A stretch of DNA of 64,000 bases from Gammaproteobacteria bacterium (GTDB taxonomy: Bacteria; Pseudomonadota; Gammaproteobacteria; SZUA-140). The DNA is taken from assembly GCA_015492435.1 (NCBI GenBank), contig WGFB01000051.1, forward strand, positions 15,100 through 79,099. The letters are read 5' to 3'. The position numbers and the translations under genes are program-made. Within the stretch, counting starts at the first letter, position 1; the number at the start of each line of letters is the position of its first letter. Below the pieces are notes generated by a model. The model saw only the letters and a program-made list of their open reading frames with translations. It had not been told where the DNA came from and made no database searches. Positions 26,252 to 35,952 of the stretch are shown one piece after another.

Positions 26252-28156
26252 CTACCCCGCCTGAGTTTCTTCCCGGATTCTCTCAAGAAACTCCCAGCGC
26301 TCGTAGGCGGCGGCAAGCTCATGCTCCAGGGTGCTCAGGCGTTTTTTGTCCTCCGCGATGGCCCCGGCCTCGCGCTGGTAGAAGGCGGGCCGCGCCATCT
26401 CCCGCTGCAGCCGTTCCACTTCCTGTTCCATTCTTTCGATGGCCGCGGGCAAAGCCTCCAGTTCTCTTTGCTCCTTGTATCCGAGTTTTCGCCGCTGCCG
26501 GACACGCGAGCCGGGCCTTGTCCCCGCCTCGCGCTTCGCCGGTGTTTCTTCAGGTGAGTCAAGGGGACGCTGGCGCAACCAGTCCTGGTAACCACCGACA
26601 TATTCGGCCACCCTGCCATTGCCTTCCAGCACCAGGGTGCTGGTAACCACGTTGTCGATGAAATCGCGGTCATGGCTCACCAGCAGCAGGGTCCCCTTGT
26701 AGGCAACGAGACGTTCCTCCAGAAGCTCCAGCGTCTCGATATCGAGATCGTTGGTGGGCTCGTCCATGACCAGAAGATTGGAGGGCCGGGCAAACAACTT
26801 GGCCAGCAGCAGGCGGTTGCGCTCTCCTCCCGACAGGGCGCTCACCGGCGTGCGGGCCCGCTGCGGCGAGAACAGGAAGTCCTGGAGATAGCTGATGACG
26901 TGCCGCGGCTGGCCGTTGACGGTCACCCTGTCACTGCCATCGGCAACATTGTCGATGATGGACCGCGCCTCTTGCAGTTGCGCGCGGTGCTGGTCGAAAT
27001 AGGCGATCTTCAACTTCGTCCCCATGCGGACTCTCCCCTCCCGTGGGGCAAGGCGGCCCAGCAGAAGATCGATCAACGTGGTCTTGCCCGAGCCGTTGGG
27101 ACCGATGATGCCGATCTTGTCTCCGCGCAGGATGAGCGTCGAGAAGTCGCGGATGATGAGCTTGTCATCGTGGCCGAAACTCACGCCCTCGGCCTCCAGC
27201 ACCAGCTTGCCCGACAGTTCGCCTTCGTCGAGGCGCAGTCGCGCGCTTCCCGCGCGGGTGCGGCGCTGACCGCGCTGTTCCCGCAGCGCCTTCAAGGCCC
27301 GCACCCGGCCTTCGTTGCGGGTGCGGCGCGCCTTGATGCCCTGGCGTATCCAGCGTTCCTCCTGGGCCAGCTTCTTGTCGAACAGTGCGTCGCGCGCGGC
27401 TTCAGTCTCCAGGGCGGCCTGCTTCCTCTCCAGGTATTTCCCGTAATCGCCCGGCCAACTGGTGAGTTGTCCGCGGTCAAGTTCAACGATGCGGGTGGCG
27501 AGCCTCTTGATCAGCGCGCGGTCGTGAGTAATGAAAAACAGGGCGCCCCGGTAGGTCAGAAGAAAATCTTCCAGCCAGCGGATGGCGTCGATGTCCAGGT
27601 GGTTGGTCGGTTCGTCCAGCAGCAGCAGGTCCGGCTCGCTGATCAGCGCCCTGGCAAGCAGCGCGCGGCGTTTCAGCCCGCCCGACAATTGGGAAAACCC
27701 GGCGGCGGCCTCCAGTCCAAAGCGGGTCAGCATGGTCTCCACGCGCTGTCCCAGACGCCAGCCCCCCGCGGCTTCCAGGGCCTGTTGCACGCTGTTGAGC
27801 GCTTTCAGCAGGTCTGCCCGCCCCCCGGCGATGTCCTGGCTGAGATGCTGGTGGCGGGAAAGCAGTTCGCCCACTTCGCCCAGGCCGCCCGCCACCACAT
27901 CGTAGACGGTGCACGTCAGTTCCGCGGGCGCCTCCTGGGCCAGGGAAGCGATACGTAAACCCCGTTGCCTGTGGATTTCCCCGTCCTCGGGGCGCAATTC
28001 ACCGGCAATCAATTTCAAAAGCGTGCTTTTGCCTTCTCCGTTGCGCCCGAGCAGGCACAACCGTTCTCCCGCCTCGATGCGCAGATCGATGCCGTCCAGC
28101 ACGGGAGGCCCGCCAAAGCCCAGGGAAACGGAACGCAGCGAAATCAATCCAGCCAT
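26252..28156 (-). CDS. uup: ABC-F family ATPase Uup
   Basis: Two ABC cassettes plus a C-terminal coiled-coil. Long blocks are near-identical in pattern to E. coli Uup (KLAQEERWIRQGIKARRTRNEGRVRALKAL; YLQDFLFSPQRARTPVSALSGGERNRLLLAKLFARPSNLLVMDEPTNDLDIETLELLEE). The start is taken at MAGLISLRS (28156). Confidence 0.9.
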   Translation of the reverse strand: MAGLISLRSVSLGFGGPPVLDGIDLRIEAGERLCLLGRNGEGKSTLLKLIAGELRPEDGEIHRQRGLRIASLAQEAPAELTCTVYDVVAGGLGEVGELLSRHQHLSQDIAGGRADLLKALNSVQQALEAAGGWRLGQRVETMLTRFGLEAAAGFSQLSGGLKRRALLARALISEPDLLLLDEPTNHLDIDAIRWLEDFLLTYRGALFFITHDRALIKRLATRIVELDRGQLTSWPGDYGKYLERKQAALETEAARDALFDKKLAQEERWIRQGIKARRTRNEGRVRALKALREQRGQRRTRAGSARLRLDEGELSGKLVLEAEGVSFGHDDKLIIRDFSTLILRGDKIGIIGPNGSGKTTLIDLLLGRLAPREGRVRMGTKLKIAYFDQHRAQLQEARSIIDNVADGSDRVTVNGQPRHVISYLQDFLFSPQRARTPVSALSGGERNRLLLAKLFARPSNLLVMDEPTNDLDIETLELLEERLVAYKGTLLLVSHDRDFIDNVVTSTLVLEGNGRVAEYVGGYQDWLRQRPLDSPEETPAKREAGTRPGSRVRQRRKLGYKEQRELEALPAAIERMEQEVERLQREMARPAFYQREAGAIAEDKKRLSTLEHELAAAYERWEFLERIREETQAG

Positions 28157-28285
28157 AATCGGGAAGCTGTAGAAAACACCTTGAATCACGCGCCCCGCCA
28201 CGCACGGCGGGTCCAGCGGATATCACTTCGGGTTCCATCCAGCAGGACACGGGCCGGCGCGGCGCGCAGCAAGGCCCAAAGGTTT

Positions 28286-28318
28286 CTTACCCTTGTACCT
28301 TGCCCCTTATACCTTATT
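28286..28318. repeat. Degenerate heptamer array, copy g
   Basis: CTTACCCTTGTACCTTGCCCCTTATACCTTATT. Confidence 0.45.
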
Positions 28319-28349
28319 TTTGTGCAACCCGTCCGGCGCCGGGATGGCG

Positions 28350-28619
28350 TTATCTTCTCCGGTGAGATCTCTTCCGGGTACTGTCCTCGAATCGCACCTT
28401 GATGGGACGGCCCCCATTCAGAACCTTGCCGTTGAGTTCGGCAATGGCCGCCCTGGCCTCATGACCTTCCATTTCGATAAAAGCGAACCCGCGGCATTTA
28501 CCCGTGAAGACATCCTTTGCCAGTTTGATGGAGCGCACTTTCCCAAACTGGGAAAACAACTCCGTCACGCTGTCCTCGGATGCATCGGCAGACAGGTTTC
28601 CCACCCACATTTTCTTCAT
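28350..28619 (-). CDS. RRM-type (RNP-1) RNA-binding protein
   Basis: 89 aa; MKKMWVGNLSADASEDSVTELFSQFGKVRSIKLAKDVFTGKCRGFAFIEMEGHEARAAIAELNGKVLNGGRPIKV, with RNP-2 (MWVGNL) and RNP-1 (RGFAFIEM) motifs; SD GAGGA upstream. Confidence 0.85.
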   Translation of the reverse strand: MKKMWVGNLSADASEDSVTELFSQFGKVRSIKLAKDVFTGKCRGFAFIEMEGHEARAAIAELNGKVLNGGRPIKVRFEDSTRKRSHRRR

Positions 28620-28667
28620 AAAGAGTCCTCATTGTAAAACCGGGGGTCCGTGCTTCAGGCATTTCGT

Positions 28668-28698
28668 GAAAATAAAAACCCCGCGCGACTGCGCGGGG
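28668..28698 (-). terminator. Rho-independent terminator (minus strand) upstream of the RRM gene
   Basis: The minus strand reads CCCCGCGC-AGTC-GCGCGGGG followed by TTTTTATTTTC. It terminates a minus-strand transcript coming from the ~430-bp non-coding region above it. Confidence 0.65.
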
Positions 28699-29127
28699 TC
28701 TCGGATATCCAGCCGGCAATGTTTCGCGCCGCCACCTTAAGGCGGCCCCAGATCAATCAGGGGTTCCTTGACTTGGGCGGCATCTTTTCGGGACAAGCGA
28801 TGGGAATGCCATATGCACTGACAATGCGCCATCCCCGCGCGCGGGTGATTTTTCACGCCCGCTCAATGGCGCCTTGCCCTCGTTCGTCCAGTTCAGGCAA
28901 GACTATAGGAATCATGAGGAAAAAGCCAGTTGGATTCTACCCCACGGCGAATGAGAATCATCCTTGACAAACAGCGCGTCCAGGCGCCGCCGGAAACGCT
29001 GCTCATGTCCGGGTTCATGCGCCATGGGGCGAGCTTGGCGACGGTGCATTCCGGATGAGCCGCACGGCGCTTGATTTCAACCCGAATCCGTGGGCTCAGG
29101 GTGGATGCAGAGTGCAAGATATTGATT

Positions 29128-29394
29128 TCACTGCGGGATCAAAAAATCCTGGCTTTCTTCGTCCTTGGTTGACCGCATTTCCCCGGCCGGCAATTCGCCA
29201 CGGGCCGATTCATGCAACGCCTCGAGTTTATTGTAATGCGGCAACTCTTCACGGAAGGGATCATCCTGCAGGCGGCTCAAACAGGCATCACAGGGCGGAA
29301 AACGATTGGCGCGCGCAAGAAAACCGGGTGTCCCCTGCTCGATGACGAGGGCGGGCCGGAGCGTCCCGCAGGAATGCATCGATTCAAAGGTCAT
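29128..29394 (-). CDS. Hypothetical small protein (88 aa) with HxC...CxxC motif
   Basis: MTFESMHSCGTLRPALVIEQGTPGFLARANRFPPCDACLSRLQDDPF...; good SD (AGGAAGGA) 8 nt before ATG 29394. No confident family assignment. Confidence 0.4.
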   Translation of the reverse strand: MTFESMHSCGTLRPALVIEQGTPGFLARANRFPPCDACLSRLQDDPFREELPHYNKLEALHESARGELPAGEMRSTKDEESQDFLIPQ

Positions 29395-29606
29395 GACGGA
29401 TCCTTCCTTGCGGCGGAAAGCCGACACAGCGGAATGGGCGGGCCTGCCCGCGCACGGTTGCTTTCCCCATTCTGTCAGTTACAATATTGAGATTGCAAGA
29501 TCTTGGGGGTTTATCAGCAGTTCCATCGCGGTATCTTCTGTCATCACCTTGTATAGTTCTGCAATACTTTTCCGTTTTATTTTCATTTTCACTAGAGGTA
29601 ATTTTC

Positions 29607-29810
29607 ATGGCAACAGGTACCGTTAAATGGTTCAATGAATCCAAGGGTTTTGGTTTTATCGCTCCCGCCGATGGCAGCGCCGACGTGTTCGTGCACTTCT
29701 CGGCGATCGAAGGCACTGGTTTCAAGACCCTGGCCGAGGGTCAGTCTGTAAGCTTTGATGTCGAGGAAGGACCCAAGGGCCCTCAGGCCACCAAGGTTTC
29801 ACCACAATAA
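29607..29810 (+). CDS. cspA: Cold-shock protein, CspA family
   Basis: 67 aa; [64 protein letters not shown]. Preceded by a ~150-nt AT-rich leader ending ...TAGAGGTAATTTTC-ATG, which resembles the E. coli cspA 5'UTR end. Confidence 0.95.
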   Translation: MATGTVKWFNESKGFGFIAPADGSADVFVHFSAIEGTGFKTLAEGQSVSFDVEEGPKGPQATKVSPQ

Positions 29811-30090
29811 GAAAGCAGTCTAGGAGACTGCCATGTCCGCGGCGCACGCCGGAGCACAACCAGCGTGCGCCGTGGTCAGCTCCAGCACCAACCCACATTT
29901 CTCACCAAGACGGCGGGGCCTCGCTTGATCCTTGAATCCACAAAGGATCCTGCTCAACCGGAAATACACCCTGGTTTTCCGCTCTTTCGTAAAGTCCTTT
30001 GTGAATCCAATTCTCTGCGCGATCATCCCTCCATCCTGGTGAGAAACGCGGGCTGACCAGTTGGGCCCAACCCGCGGTTCTTGATAAAGA

Positions 30091-32997
30091 ATGGACGATT
30101 TTCTTCCCGGGCAGCGCTGGATCAGCGACACTGAGCCTCAGCTTGGACTGGGCACGGTGGCCGACGTCGAGGCGCGCGCGGTCAACATTGCCTTCGATGC
30201 CGCCGGAGAGACACGCACGTATGCGCGCCGCGGCGCGCCATTGACGCGGGTCAGGTTCTCCCCGGGCGACGTCGTCATCAGCCATGAGGGCTGGACGCTC
30301 CAGGTGGAATCCGTGCGCCAACAGGAAGGGCTGCTGATCTATGCCGGCGTTCTCGAGAACGGAAAACAGGGTGAGTTGCATGAAGGTCAACTGAGCCATT
30401 TCATCCAGCTTAACCGTCCCATGGAGCGCCTGCTCAACGGCCAGATCGATACGGTGAAATGGTTCAATCTGCGCTGCCTTACCCTGCGCCACGCCAACAG
30501 GCTGGCCTGCTCGGACTTGAGGGGACTTACCGGCTGCCGCACCAGTCTGATTCCCCACCAGCTCTATATCGCCCATGAGGTGGCCAAGCGCCACGCGCCA
30601 CGTGTCCTCCTGGCCGATGAAGTGGGGCTGGGCAAGACCATCGAGGCCGGGCTCATTCTTCATCATCAGATCCTGACGGAACGGGCCCGCAGAGCATTGA
30701 TCATCGTGCCCGAGAATCTGCTGCACCAGTGGCTGGTGGAAATGCTGCGCCGCTTCAATCTCCATTTCAGTATTTTCGATGAGGAACGCTGTCAACAGGC
30801 CACGGCCAGCACGGGCCAGGACAACCCTTTTCTGACGGAACAGCAGATATTGTGCCACCTGGAGTTCCTGACAGCCCATCCCGGGCGCTGCGAGCAGGCC
30901 CTGGCGGCGGGGTGGGATCTCCTCATCGTCGACGAGGCCCATCACCTGCGCTGGTCCCCGGACCAGGCCAGCACCGAATACCGCCTCGTGGAACGCCTCG
31001 CCGCCGCCACGCCGGGTGTCCTGCTGCTGACCGCCACGCCGGAGCAACTGGGCGTGGCCAGTCACTTCGCCCGCCTGCGCCTGCTCGATCCCGGCCGCTT
31101 CAGCAGCTTCAATGCCTTTCTCGAAGAAGAGAAACATTTCGCGCCCGTCGCCCGCGTCATTGAACATCTTCTGGAAGGCAGGGCGCTCAACACTGGAGAC
31201 AGGGAAATGCTGGCCACCACCATACTGGAAGGCGACAATCAGCCCCTACTCGACCGCCTCGACGATGCCGCGGCCAGCGAAGAAAGCCGTGCAGCGGCGC
31301 GCCTGGAACTGGTGGATCACCTCCTGGACCGTCACGGCACCGGGCGGGTATTGTTCCGCAACACCCGCGCCGCCATCAAGGGCTTTCCTGAACGGCGGAT
31401 CGCCGCCTATCCACTCCCTCTGCCCGGCGCCTACCGCCGGTGCCTGGCGCGAGGGGATGGGGCCGTTTCCCTTGAGACGCGGAAACGGCTCGCTCCCGAG
31501 CGCCTGTATCGGGACCAGAACCCTGCCCGGCAGCCCCATTGGACCCGCATCGACCCACGCATTCCGTGGCTGACTGAAATGCTGCGGCGACTCAGGCCCG
31601 CCAAGGTCCTGTTGATCACCGCCCACGTGGACACGGTGCTGGACATCGCCGGGACTCTCAAGCGGCGTGAAGGCCTTCACGCCGCCGTGTTCCACGAAGG
31701 CATGAGCATCCTCGAACGGGACCGGGCAGCGGCCTACTTCGCCGCCGGGGAATCGGGCGCGCAACTCATGATCTCTTCCGAGATAGGCAGCGAGGGGCGC
31801 AATTTCCAGTTTGCCCATCACCTTGTTCTGTTTGATCTGCCCCTCAATCCCGACTTGCTGGAGCAGCGCATCGGACGCCTGGACCGCATTGGCCAGACGC
31901 AGACCATTCACATTCACGCACCGTACCTCGAAGGCAGCGCCCAGGCCGTCCTGTTCCGCTGGTATCATGAGGGACTGGATGCCTTCGAGCACCCCTGCCC
32001 CGCGGCCCATGCCGTTTTTGAACAGGTCCACGATGAGCTGATGGCGGCGCTTTTCAGCGCCCATGGTGTGGAATCCGAAGACAAGGCCGCGCCACTCCTG
32101 GACACCACGCGCGCCCTGCGCACGCGCCTCAACGAGGCCCTGCACCAAGGGCGCGACCGCCTGCTGGAATACAACTCCTGCCGCCCCCACGTGGCCAACG
32201 CCCTCCGCGCACAGGCCATACATGAAGACCGGACATCCACCCTGCCCGCATACATGGACGCTGTATTCGACTGCCATGGCGTCAGTTGCGAATCACACAG
32301 CGCTCACTGCCACATCATCCGCCCCGGGGAAAGCATGGTGGCCCCCTTTCCCGGTCTGGAAGAGGATGGCGTGACCATCACCTACGACCGGGATGTGGCG
32401 TTGGTCAATGAGAATATGCAGTTTCTCACCTGGGATCACCCCATGGTCACCGCGGCCATGGAGATGGTGCTGAACGGTGAAACGGGCAACGCGGCGCTGG
32501 TGGCCGCACGCCTTCCGCATGTCAAGGCGGGACGCCTGTTGCTGGAATGCTTCTTTCTCATCGCCCCCGTTTCCGGCGCGCGATTACATGCCGGCCGCTA
32601 CATGCCCCCCGCCGTCATGCGCGTGTTGATCGACGAAGATGGCAAGGACCTTGGGGCAGGCATCCCCCATGACACCATCAACCACTCCCAGGCCGAACTG
32701 AACAGGGAGACCGCCAGGCAGCTCATCGGACTCAGGTCCGCCTCTCTGCGGAAAATGCACCGCGCGGCCGAAGCCGAGGCCAACCGCCAGGCCCCTGCCA
32801 TACTGACCGCGGCCCACGAGCAGAGCCACCAGGCTCTGACGAGGGAAATCAACCGCCTGCGGGCCCTGCGCCTGGCCAATCCCAGTATACGCCGCGAGGA
32901 AATCGAATATTTCGTAACCCAAAGGGAGCGGGTTGCCCAGGCCATCGACCAGTCGCTTCCCAGGCTGGAGGCCGTCAGAGTGATTGTCGCCACGTAA
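30091..32997 (+). CDS. rapA: RNA polymerase-associated SWI2/SNF2 ATPase RapA (HepA)
   Basis: 968 aa, the same length as E. coli Rap[25 protein letters not shown]-terminus, [12 protein letters not shown] helicase motif I, DEAHHLR motif II, and conserved C-terminal blocks. Confidence 0.93.
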   Translation: MDDFLPGQRWISDTEPQLGLGTVADVEARAVNIAFDAAGETRTYARRGAPLTRVRFSPGDVVISHEGWTLQVESVRQQEGLLIYAGVLENGKQGELHEGQLSHFIQLNRPMERLLNGQIDTVKWFNLRCLTLRHANRLACSDLRGLTGCRTSLIPHQLYIAHEVAKRHAPRVLLADEVGLGKTIEAGLILHHQILTERARRALIIVPENLLHQWLVEMLRRFNLHFSIFDEERCQQATASTGQDNPFLTEQQILCHLEFLTAHPGRCEQALAAGWDLLIVDEAHHLRWSPDQASTEYRLVERLAAATPGVLLLTATPEQLGVASHFARLRLLDPGRFSSFNAFLEEEKHFAPVARVIEHLLEGRALNTGDREMLATTILEGDNQPLLDRLDDAAASEESRAAARLELVDHLLDRHGTGRVLFRNTRAAIKGFPERRIAAYPLPLPGAYRRCLARGDGAVSLETRKRLAPERLYRDQNPARQPHWTRIDPRIPWLTEMLRRLRPAKVLLITAHVDTVLDIAGTLKRREGLHAAVFHEGMSILERDRAAAYFAAGESGAQLMISSEIGSEGRNFQFAHHLVLFDLPLNPDLLEQRIGRLDRIGQTQTIHIHAPYLEGSAQAVLFRWYHEGLDAFEHPCPAAHAVFEQVHDELMAALFSAHGVESEDKAAPLLDTTRALRTRLNEALHQGRDRLLEYNSCRPHVANALRAQAIHEDRTSTLPAYMDAVFDCHGVSCESHSAHCHIIRPGESMVAPFPGLEEDGVTITYDRDVALVNENMQFLTWDHPMVTAAMEMVLNGETGNAALVAARLPHVKAGRLLLECFFLIAPVSGARLHAGRYMPPAVMRVLIDEDGKDLGAGIPHDTINHSQAELNRETARQLIGLRSASLRKMHRAAEAEANRQAPAILTAAHEQSHQALTREINRLRALRLANPSIRREEIEYFVTQRERVAQAIDQSLPRLEAVRVIVAT

Positions 32998-33119
32998 GCC
33001 AGCCGTTCTCAAGAAAACTGAAAAAAACTCCATCCGGGCTGAAACTGAAGGGAGCCTCGCACGTCCAATTCACAGACGCCAGCATCATCAATTCCACACC
33101 GAAATCATGGAGTGCGCCT

Positions 33120-34229
33120 ATGAAACCCTTCTACATCAGCCTCGCCCTGGTGGCGGCCGTCATCACCGCCTATATGGTCAATGCCGGTGGCCGCGAGACT
33201 GGGACGGAGAAATCAAGTGTCAAACCTATGGAGGCCGTGGCCACCTTCGCCGGAGGTTGCTTCTGGTGCGTGGAGGCGGACTTCGACAAGGTGCCTGGGG
33301 TTGTGAAAACCGTGTCGGGATACACGGGCGGTAAAATGGAGAACCCCACTTATAAACAGGTTTCAAGTGGCCGCACCGGGCACCGGGAAGCCGTTCAGGT
33401 CAGCTATGATCCCGCTGTGATCACCTATGAAGGCCTGCTGGCTGCCTTCTGGCGCATGATCGACCCCACGGACGATGGCGGGCAGTTCGTGGACCGCGGC
33501 CCCCAGTACACCACGGCCATCTATTACCACACCGATGCGCAGCGCGCGGCGGCTGAGAAATCACGCGCGGCGCTCATGGCTGGCGGCCGTTTTGACCGCC
33601 CGGTCGTAACCCCCATTCTCCCCGCGGGTGAATTCTACAGGGCGGAAGACGATCACCAGGATTTCCATACCCGCAGCCCCCTGCGCTATACCTTCTACCG
33701 CCACCGCTCGGGACGGGATCAGTTTCTGGGGAAGACCTGGGGCAAGGAACTCAAGGTCGACTTCAGTGCCTTCAGGCCCGCCAGCGCCCATGCCTATACC
33801 CGCCCCCCTGTCGCAGAACTGAAAAAACGCCTTACACCCTTGCAGTTCAGCGTGACCCAGTTGGAGGATACGGAGCCTCCCTTCAAAAACGCCTATTGGA
33901 ACGAAAATCGCGAGGGCATCTATGTGGACATCGTAAGTGGAGAACCCCTGTTTTCCTCGAAGGACAAGTTCAAATCCGGCACCGGCTGGCCAAGCTTTAC
34001 AAGGCCCCTGGAAAAGGACCACATCGTCGAGCGCGCGGATCGCAAACTGTTCTTCCCCCGCACGGAAGTGCGCAGCCGCCACGGTGACTCCCATCTCGGG
34101 CACGTCTTCAACGACGGGCCGCCACCCACGGGCCTGCGCTACTGCATCAACTCCGCCGCCTTGCGCTTCATCCCCAAGGAAAAGCTGGTGGAGGAAAACT
34201 ACGGGCGGTATGTGGCATTATTCGAATAG
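33120..34229 (+). CDS. msrAB: Bifunctional peptide-methionine sulfoxide reductase MsrA/MsrB fusion with N-terminal signal/TM anchor
   Basis: MsrA motif [15 protein letters not shown]; MsrB motifs SGTGWPSF...[10 protein letters not shown]...RYCINSAAL. 369 aa. Confidence 0.9.
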   Translation: MKPFYISLALVAAVITAYMVNAGGRETGTEKSSVKPMEAVATFAGGCFWCVEADFDKVPGVVKTVSGYTGGKMENPTYKQVSSGRTGHREAVQVSYDPAVITYEGLLAAFWRMIDPTDDGGQFVDRGPQYTTAIYYHTDAQRAAAEKSRAALMAGGRFDRPVVTPILPAGEFYRAEDDHQDFHTRSPLRYTFYRHRSGRDQFLGKTWGKELKVDFSAFRPASAHAYTRPPVAELKKRLTPLQFSVTQLEDTEPPFKNAYWNENREGIYVDIVSGEPLFSSKDKFKSGTGWPSFTRPLEKDHIVERADRKLFFPRTEVRSRHGDSHLGHVFNDGPPPTGLRYCINSAALRFIPKEKLVEENYGRYVALFE

Positions 34230-34246
34230 GCCAGAATCTGGGAAAA

Positions 34247-34353
34247 CCCAGTCATTGTAAAAAATTAGGTACTGGGATTGTGAAAGGTACAAGTTACAAG
34301 GTACAAGATACAAGGGAATCGGTTGGCACTCGCAATTTTATGCAACTGCCGGG
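34247..34353. repeat. Heptamer-repeat MITE-like element, compact complete copy f (head hairpin, 4 heptamers, right TIR)
   Basis: CCCAGTCATTGTAAAAAATTAGGTACTGGGATTGTGAAAG + GTACAAGTTACAAGGTACAAGATACAAGG + GGTTGGCACTCGCAATTTTATGCAACTGCCGGG, inserted between the msrAB stop and its hairpin terminator. Confidence 0.7.
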
Positions 34354-34355
34354 AA

Positions 34356-34390
34356 AGAAAGAGCCCCGCTCATGGCGGGGCTCTTTTGGG
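34356..34390. terminator. Bidirectional rho-independent terminator between convergent msrAB and the second csp gene
   Basis: AAGAGCCCCGC-TCATG-GCGGGGCTCTT, followed by TTTTGGG on the plus strand and TTTCTTTCCC on the minus strand. Confidence 0.7.
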
Positions 34391-34405
34391 CCGCGATCGC
34401 TTATT

Positions 34406-34609
34406 TTACTGCGGTACGACGTTGACTGCGCTGGGGCCCTTGGCGCCCTGCTCGCTGTCATAGGTTACGGTCTGCCCTTCCGCCAGTGACTTGAATCCGC
34501 TGGCCTGGATGGCGGAGTGATGCACGAAAACATCGGCGCTGCCGTCGGAAGGTGCGATAAAGCCAAAACCCTTGCTGTCGTTAAACCATTTTACTGTACC
34601 TGTAGCCAT
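34406..34609 (-). CDS. Cold-shock protein, CspA family (second paralog)
   Basis: 67 aa; [67 protein letters not shown]. The track ORF 34406..34828 carries a spurious 73-aa N-terminal extension through the AT-rich leader. Confidence 0.93.
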   Translation of the reverse strand: MATGTVKWFNDSKGFGFIAPSDGSADVFVHHSAIQASGFKSLAEGQTVTYDSEQGAKGPSAVNVVPQ

Positions 34610-34782
34610 TCTGGTTACCTCGTGTGTTGGTGAAATGTAATGTGTGCAGGTTACTGTTGAGAAATTACGGAAGAGATGACGCTTGATACTGCACTGCGAG
34701 GAACTACCGGAACCACTACGATACAAAAATCTGCAACGCCAGCCATCGTACCCCATGGCGGAGCCGAATGCCAGCAATATTT

Positions 34783-34857
34783 CCCCAATCATTGGAAAAA
34801 TTGGGTAGAGGGAGCGTGGAAGGCGCAAGGTTCAAAGTACTAAGGTACAAGGTAATC
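34783..34857. repeat. Heptamer-repeat element, degenerate copy h (head variant + degenerate heptamers)
   Basis: CCCCAATCATTGGAAAAATTGGGTAGAGGGAGCGTGGAAG + GCGCAAGGTTCAAAGTACTAAGGTACAAGGTAATC. Confidence 0.55.
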
Positions 34858-34883
34858 GGCTGGAAACCCGGGCGGATGGCGCC

Positions 34884-35297
34884 TCAGTGATCCACGATCA
34901 GTGGCCTGCGCTTGGCGCGCACGCGCAGCCAGTTGATGGACTTGAGTATGGGCTGATGGGAAATAAGCCAGCGCTCTAGCCTGAATTTTCCGGGAAAATC
35001 GAGCAATATAATACCGATAAGAATGGTCAGCAGCCCCTGCCCCGGCAGAACCAGCATGAGAATGCCCGCGAGGACGAAAATGACGCCCAGCAGGTTCTTC
35101 AGCACCAGCAGAATGCCGCGAATCACGGGATGGCGGTTCGCCCACGGAGGATGACGCCGCCTGGCATGGGAAAAATAGTCCTCGGGGATGCGCACGACCA
35201 GCAAGGGCACCAATATCAAGGTGCCCAGAAAGGACGCGACGGAACCGACAGCCAGCCATAACATGGCTGTTTCGTGGGACTGGATGTATTCGAGCAT
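34884..35297 (-). CDS. Small two-TM membrane protein (PGPGW-like motif family, tentative)
   Basis: 137 aa; two hydrophobic helices flank VLPGQGLLTILIGIILLDFPGK. Confidence 0.5.
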   Translation of the reverse strand: MLEYIQSHETAMLWLAVGSVASFLGTLILVPLLVVRIPEDYFSHARRRHPPWANRHPVIRGILLVLKNLLGVIFVLAGILMLVLPGQGLLTILIGIILLDFPGKFRLERWLISHQPILKSINWLRVRAKRRPLIVDH

Positions 35298-35316
35298 GTT
35301 GGGCAGAATTCCCTGC

Positions 35317-35952
35317 TTATGATGAAGAACCGGTCAAGGCATAGGGTTTCCACGTGTAATACTTGGGGCGCGAGTCCAGGCGCACATGCAGCCAATAGAC
35401 ACCCAGGCCAGAGGTGCTGATCCATAACGGCTGCTCACCAAGACGCGCTCCGGCTTCGTCGGCGGTGCGTTGCCACAAGGCCCGTTGCGTGTCCGGGGGC
35501 GCCTTGCGCGAGAAAGCGGCGAGATGGGGATAGCCCTCACCCCGCGCGCCGGGAAGGGGGGCAATCAGGCGGGCATCACCGCCGAGATTGTTGAAAGCAG
35601 CGATTTCTTCTGCGCCGCTCCCGGAAAAATATTTCGAAAAGGCATGGGGATCCTCTGCGACCCGCGCCAGTTCGGGGCTGTCCACCACGACGAACTCGAA
35701 AGGCCTGGCCAGTGCGCCGCGTGTGAGTGGCGGCGTCTCCCAGAAATAGGCCTCGAAAGGCGCCTGCGCCAGCAGTCCCGTGAAATACGAAACAAAACCG
35801 GCATCCCCACGCCACAGGGCCAGCACATCCCCGCGGGCAAGAGGGCGGCCGCCGCGCAGCAGGACATAGCGCCGGACTGCGCCCTTCTCCAGGTCTTCAA
35901 CCGCGGCCGTGTATGTCATTCGGGGAGTATCATGGGGTGCGGGGTGCGTCAC
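35317..35952 (-). CDS. Hypothetical protein (211 aa), no recognised family
   Basis: Its stop overlaps the upstream patatin-like gene as ATGA, and codon usage is consistent with neighbouring genes. MTYTAAVEDLEKGAVRRYVLLRGGRPLARGDVLALWRGDAGFVSYF... Confidence 0.5.
   Translation of the reverse strand: MTHPAPHDTPRMTYTAAVEDLEKGAVRRYVLLRGGRPLARGDVLALWRGDAGFVSYFTGLLAQAPFEAYFWETPPLTRGALARPFEFVVVDSPELARVAEDPHAFSKYFSGSGAEEIAAFNNLGGDARLIAPLPGARGEGYPHLAAFSRKAPPDTQRALWQRTADEAGARLGEQPLWISTSGLGVYWLHVRLDSRPKYYTWKPYALTGSSS

Noticed and set aside
28700-29127. tmRNA / RNase P RNA / 6S RNA in the 500-bp gap
   Set aside because: I searched by eye for the RNase P P4 motif (AGGAAAGTCCGG), the tmRNA 5' GGGGCTGAT, and tag-reading-frame signatures on both strands and found none. 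An sRNA remains possible but is unassigned.
29820-30131. 103-aa minus ORF upstream of rapA
   Set aside because: It overlaps the rapA start, has no RBS and no homology, and its composition is typical of antisense frames.
29902-31167. 421-aa minus ORF, and other long antisense ORFs (31246..32277 -, 39274..41070 +, 41896..42894 +, 42946..44169 +, 45941..47035 +, 47176..47916 +, 47962..48942 +, 49065..50816 +, 50987..51928 +, 51708..52499 +, 52530..53723 +, 53677..55200 +, 57269..58369 +, 59774..60346 +, 60970..62262 -, 62684..63910 -)
   Set aside because: Each is antisense to a gene with a strong family signature (rapA, kinase, TBDR, TRAP, lipoproteins, partner-switch protein, MCP, rlmD, dehydrogenase, MacAB). 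They are a high-GC artefact.
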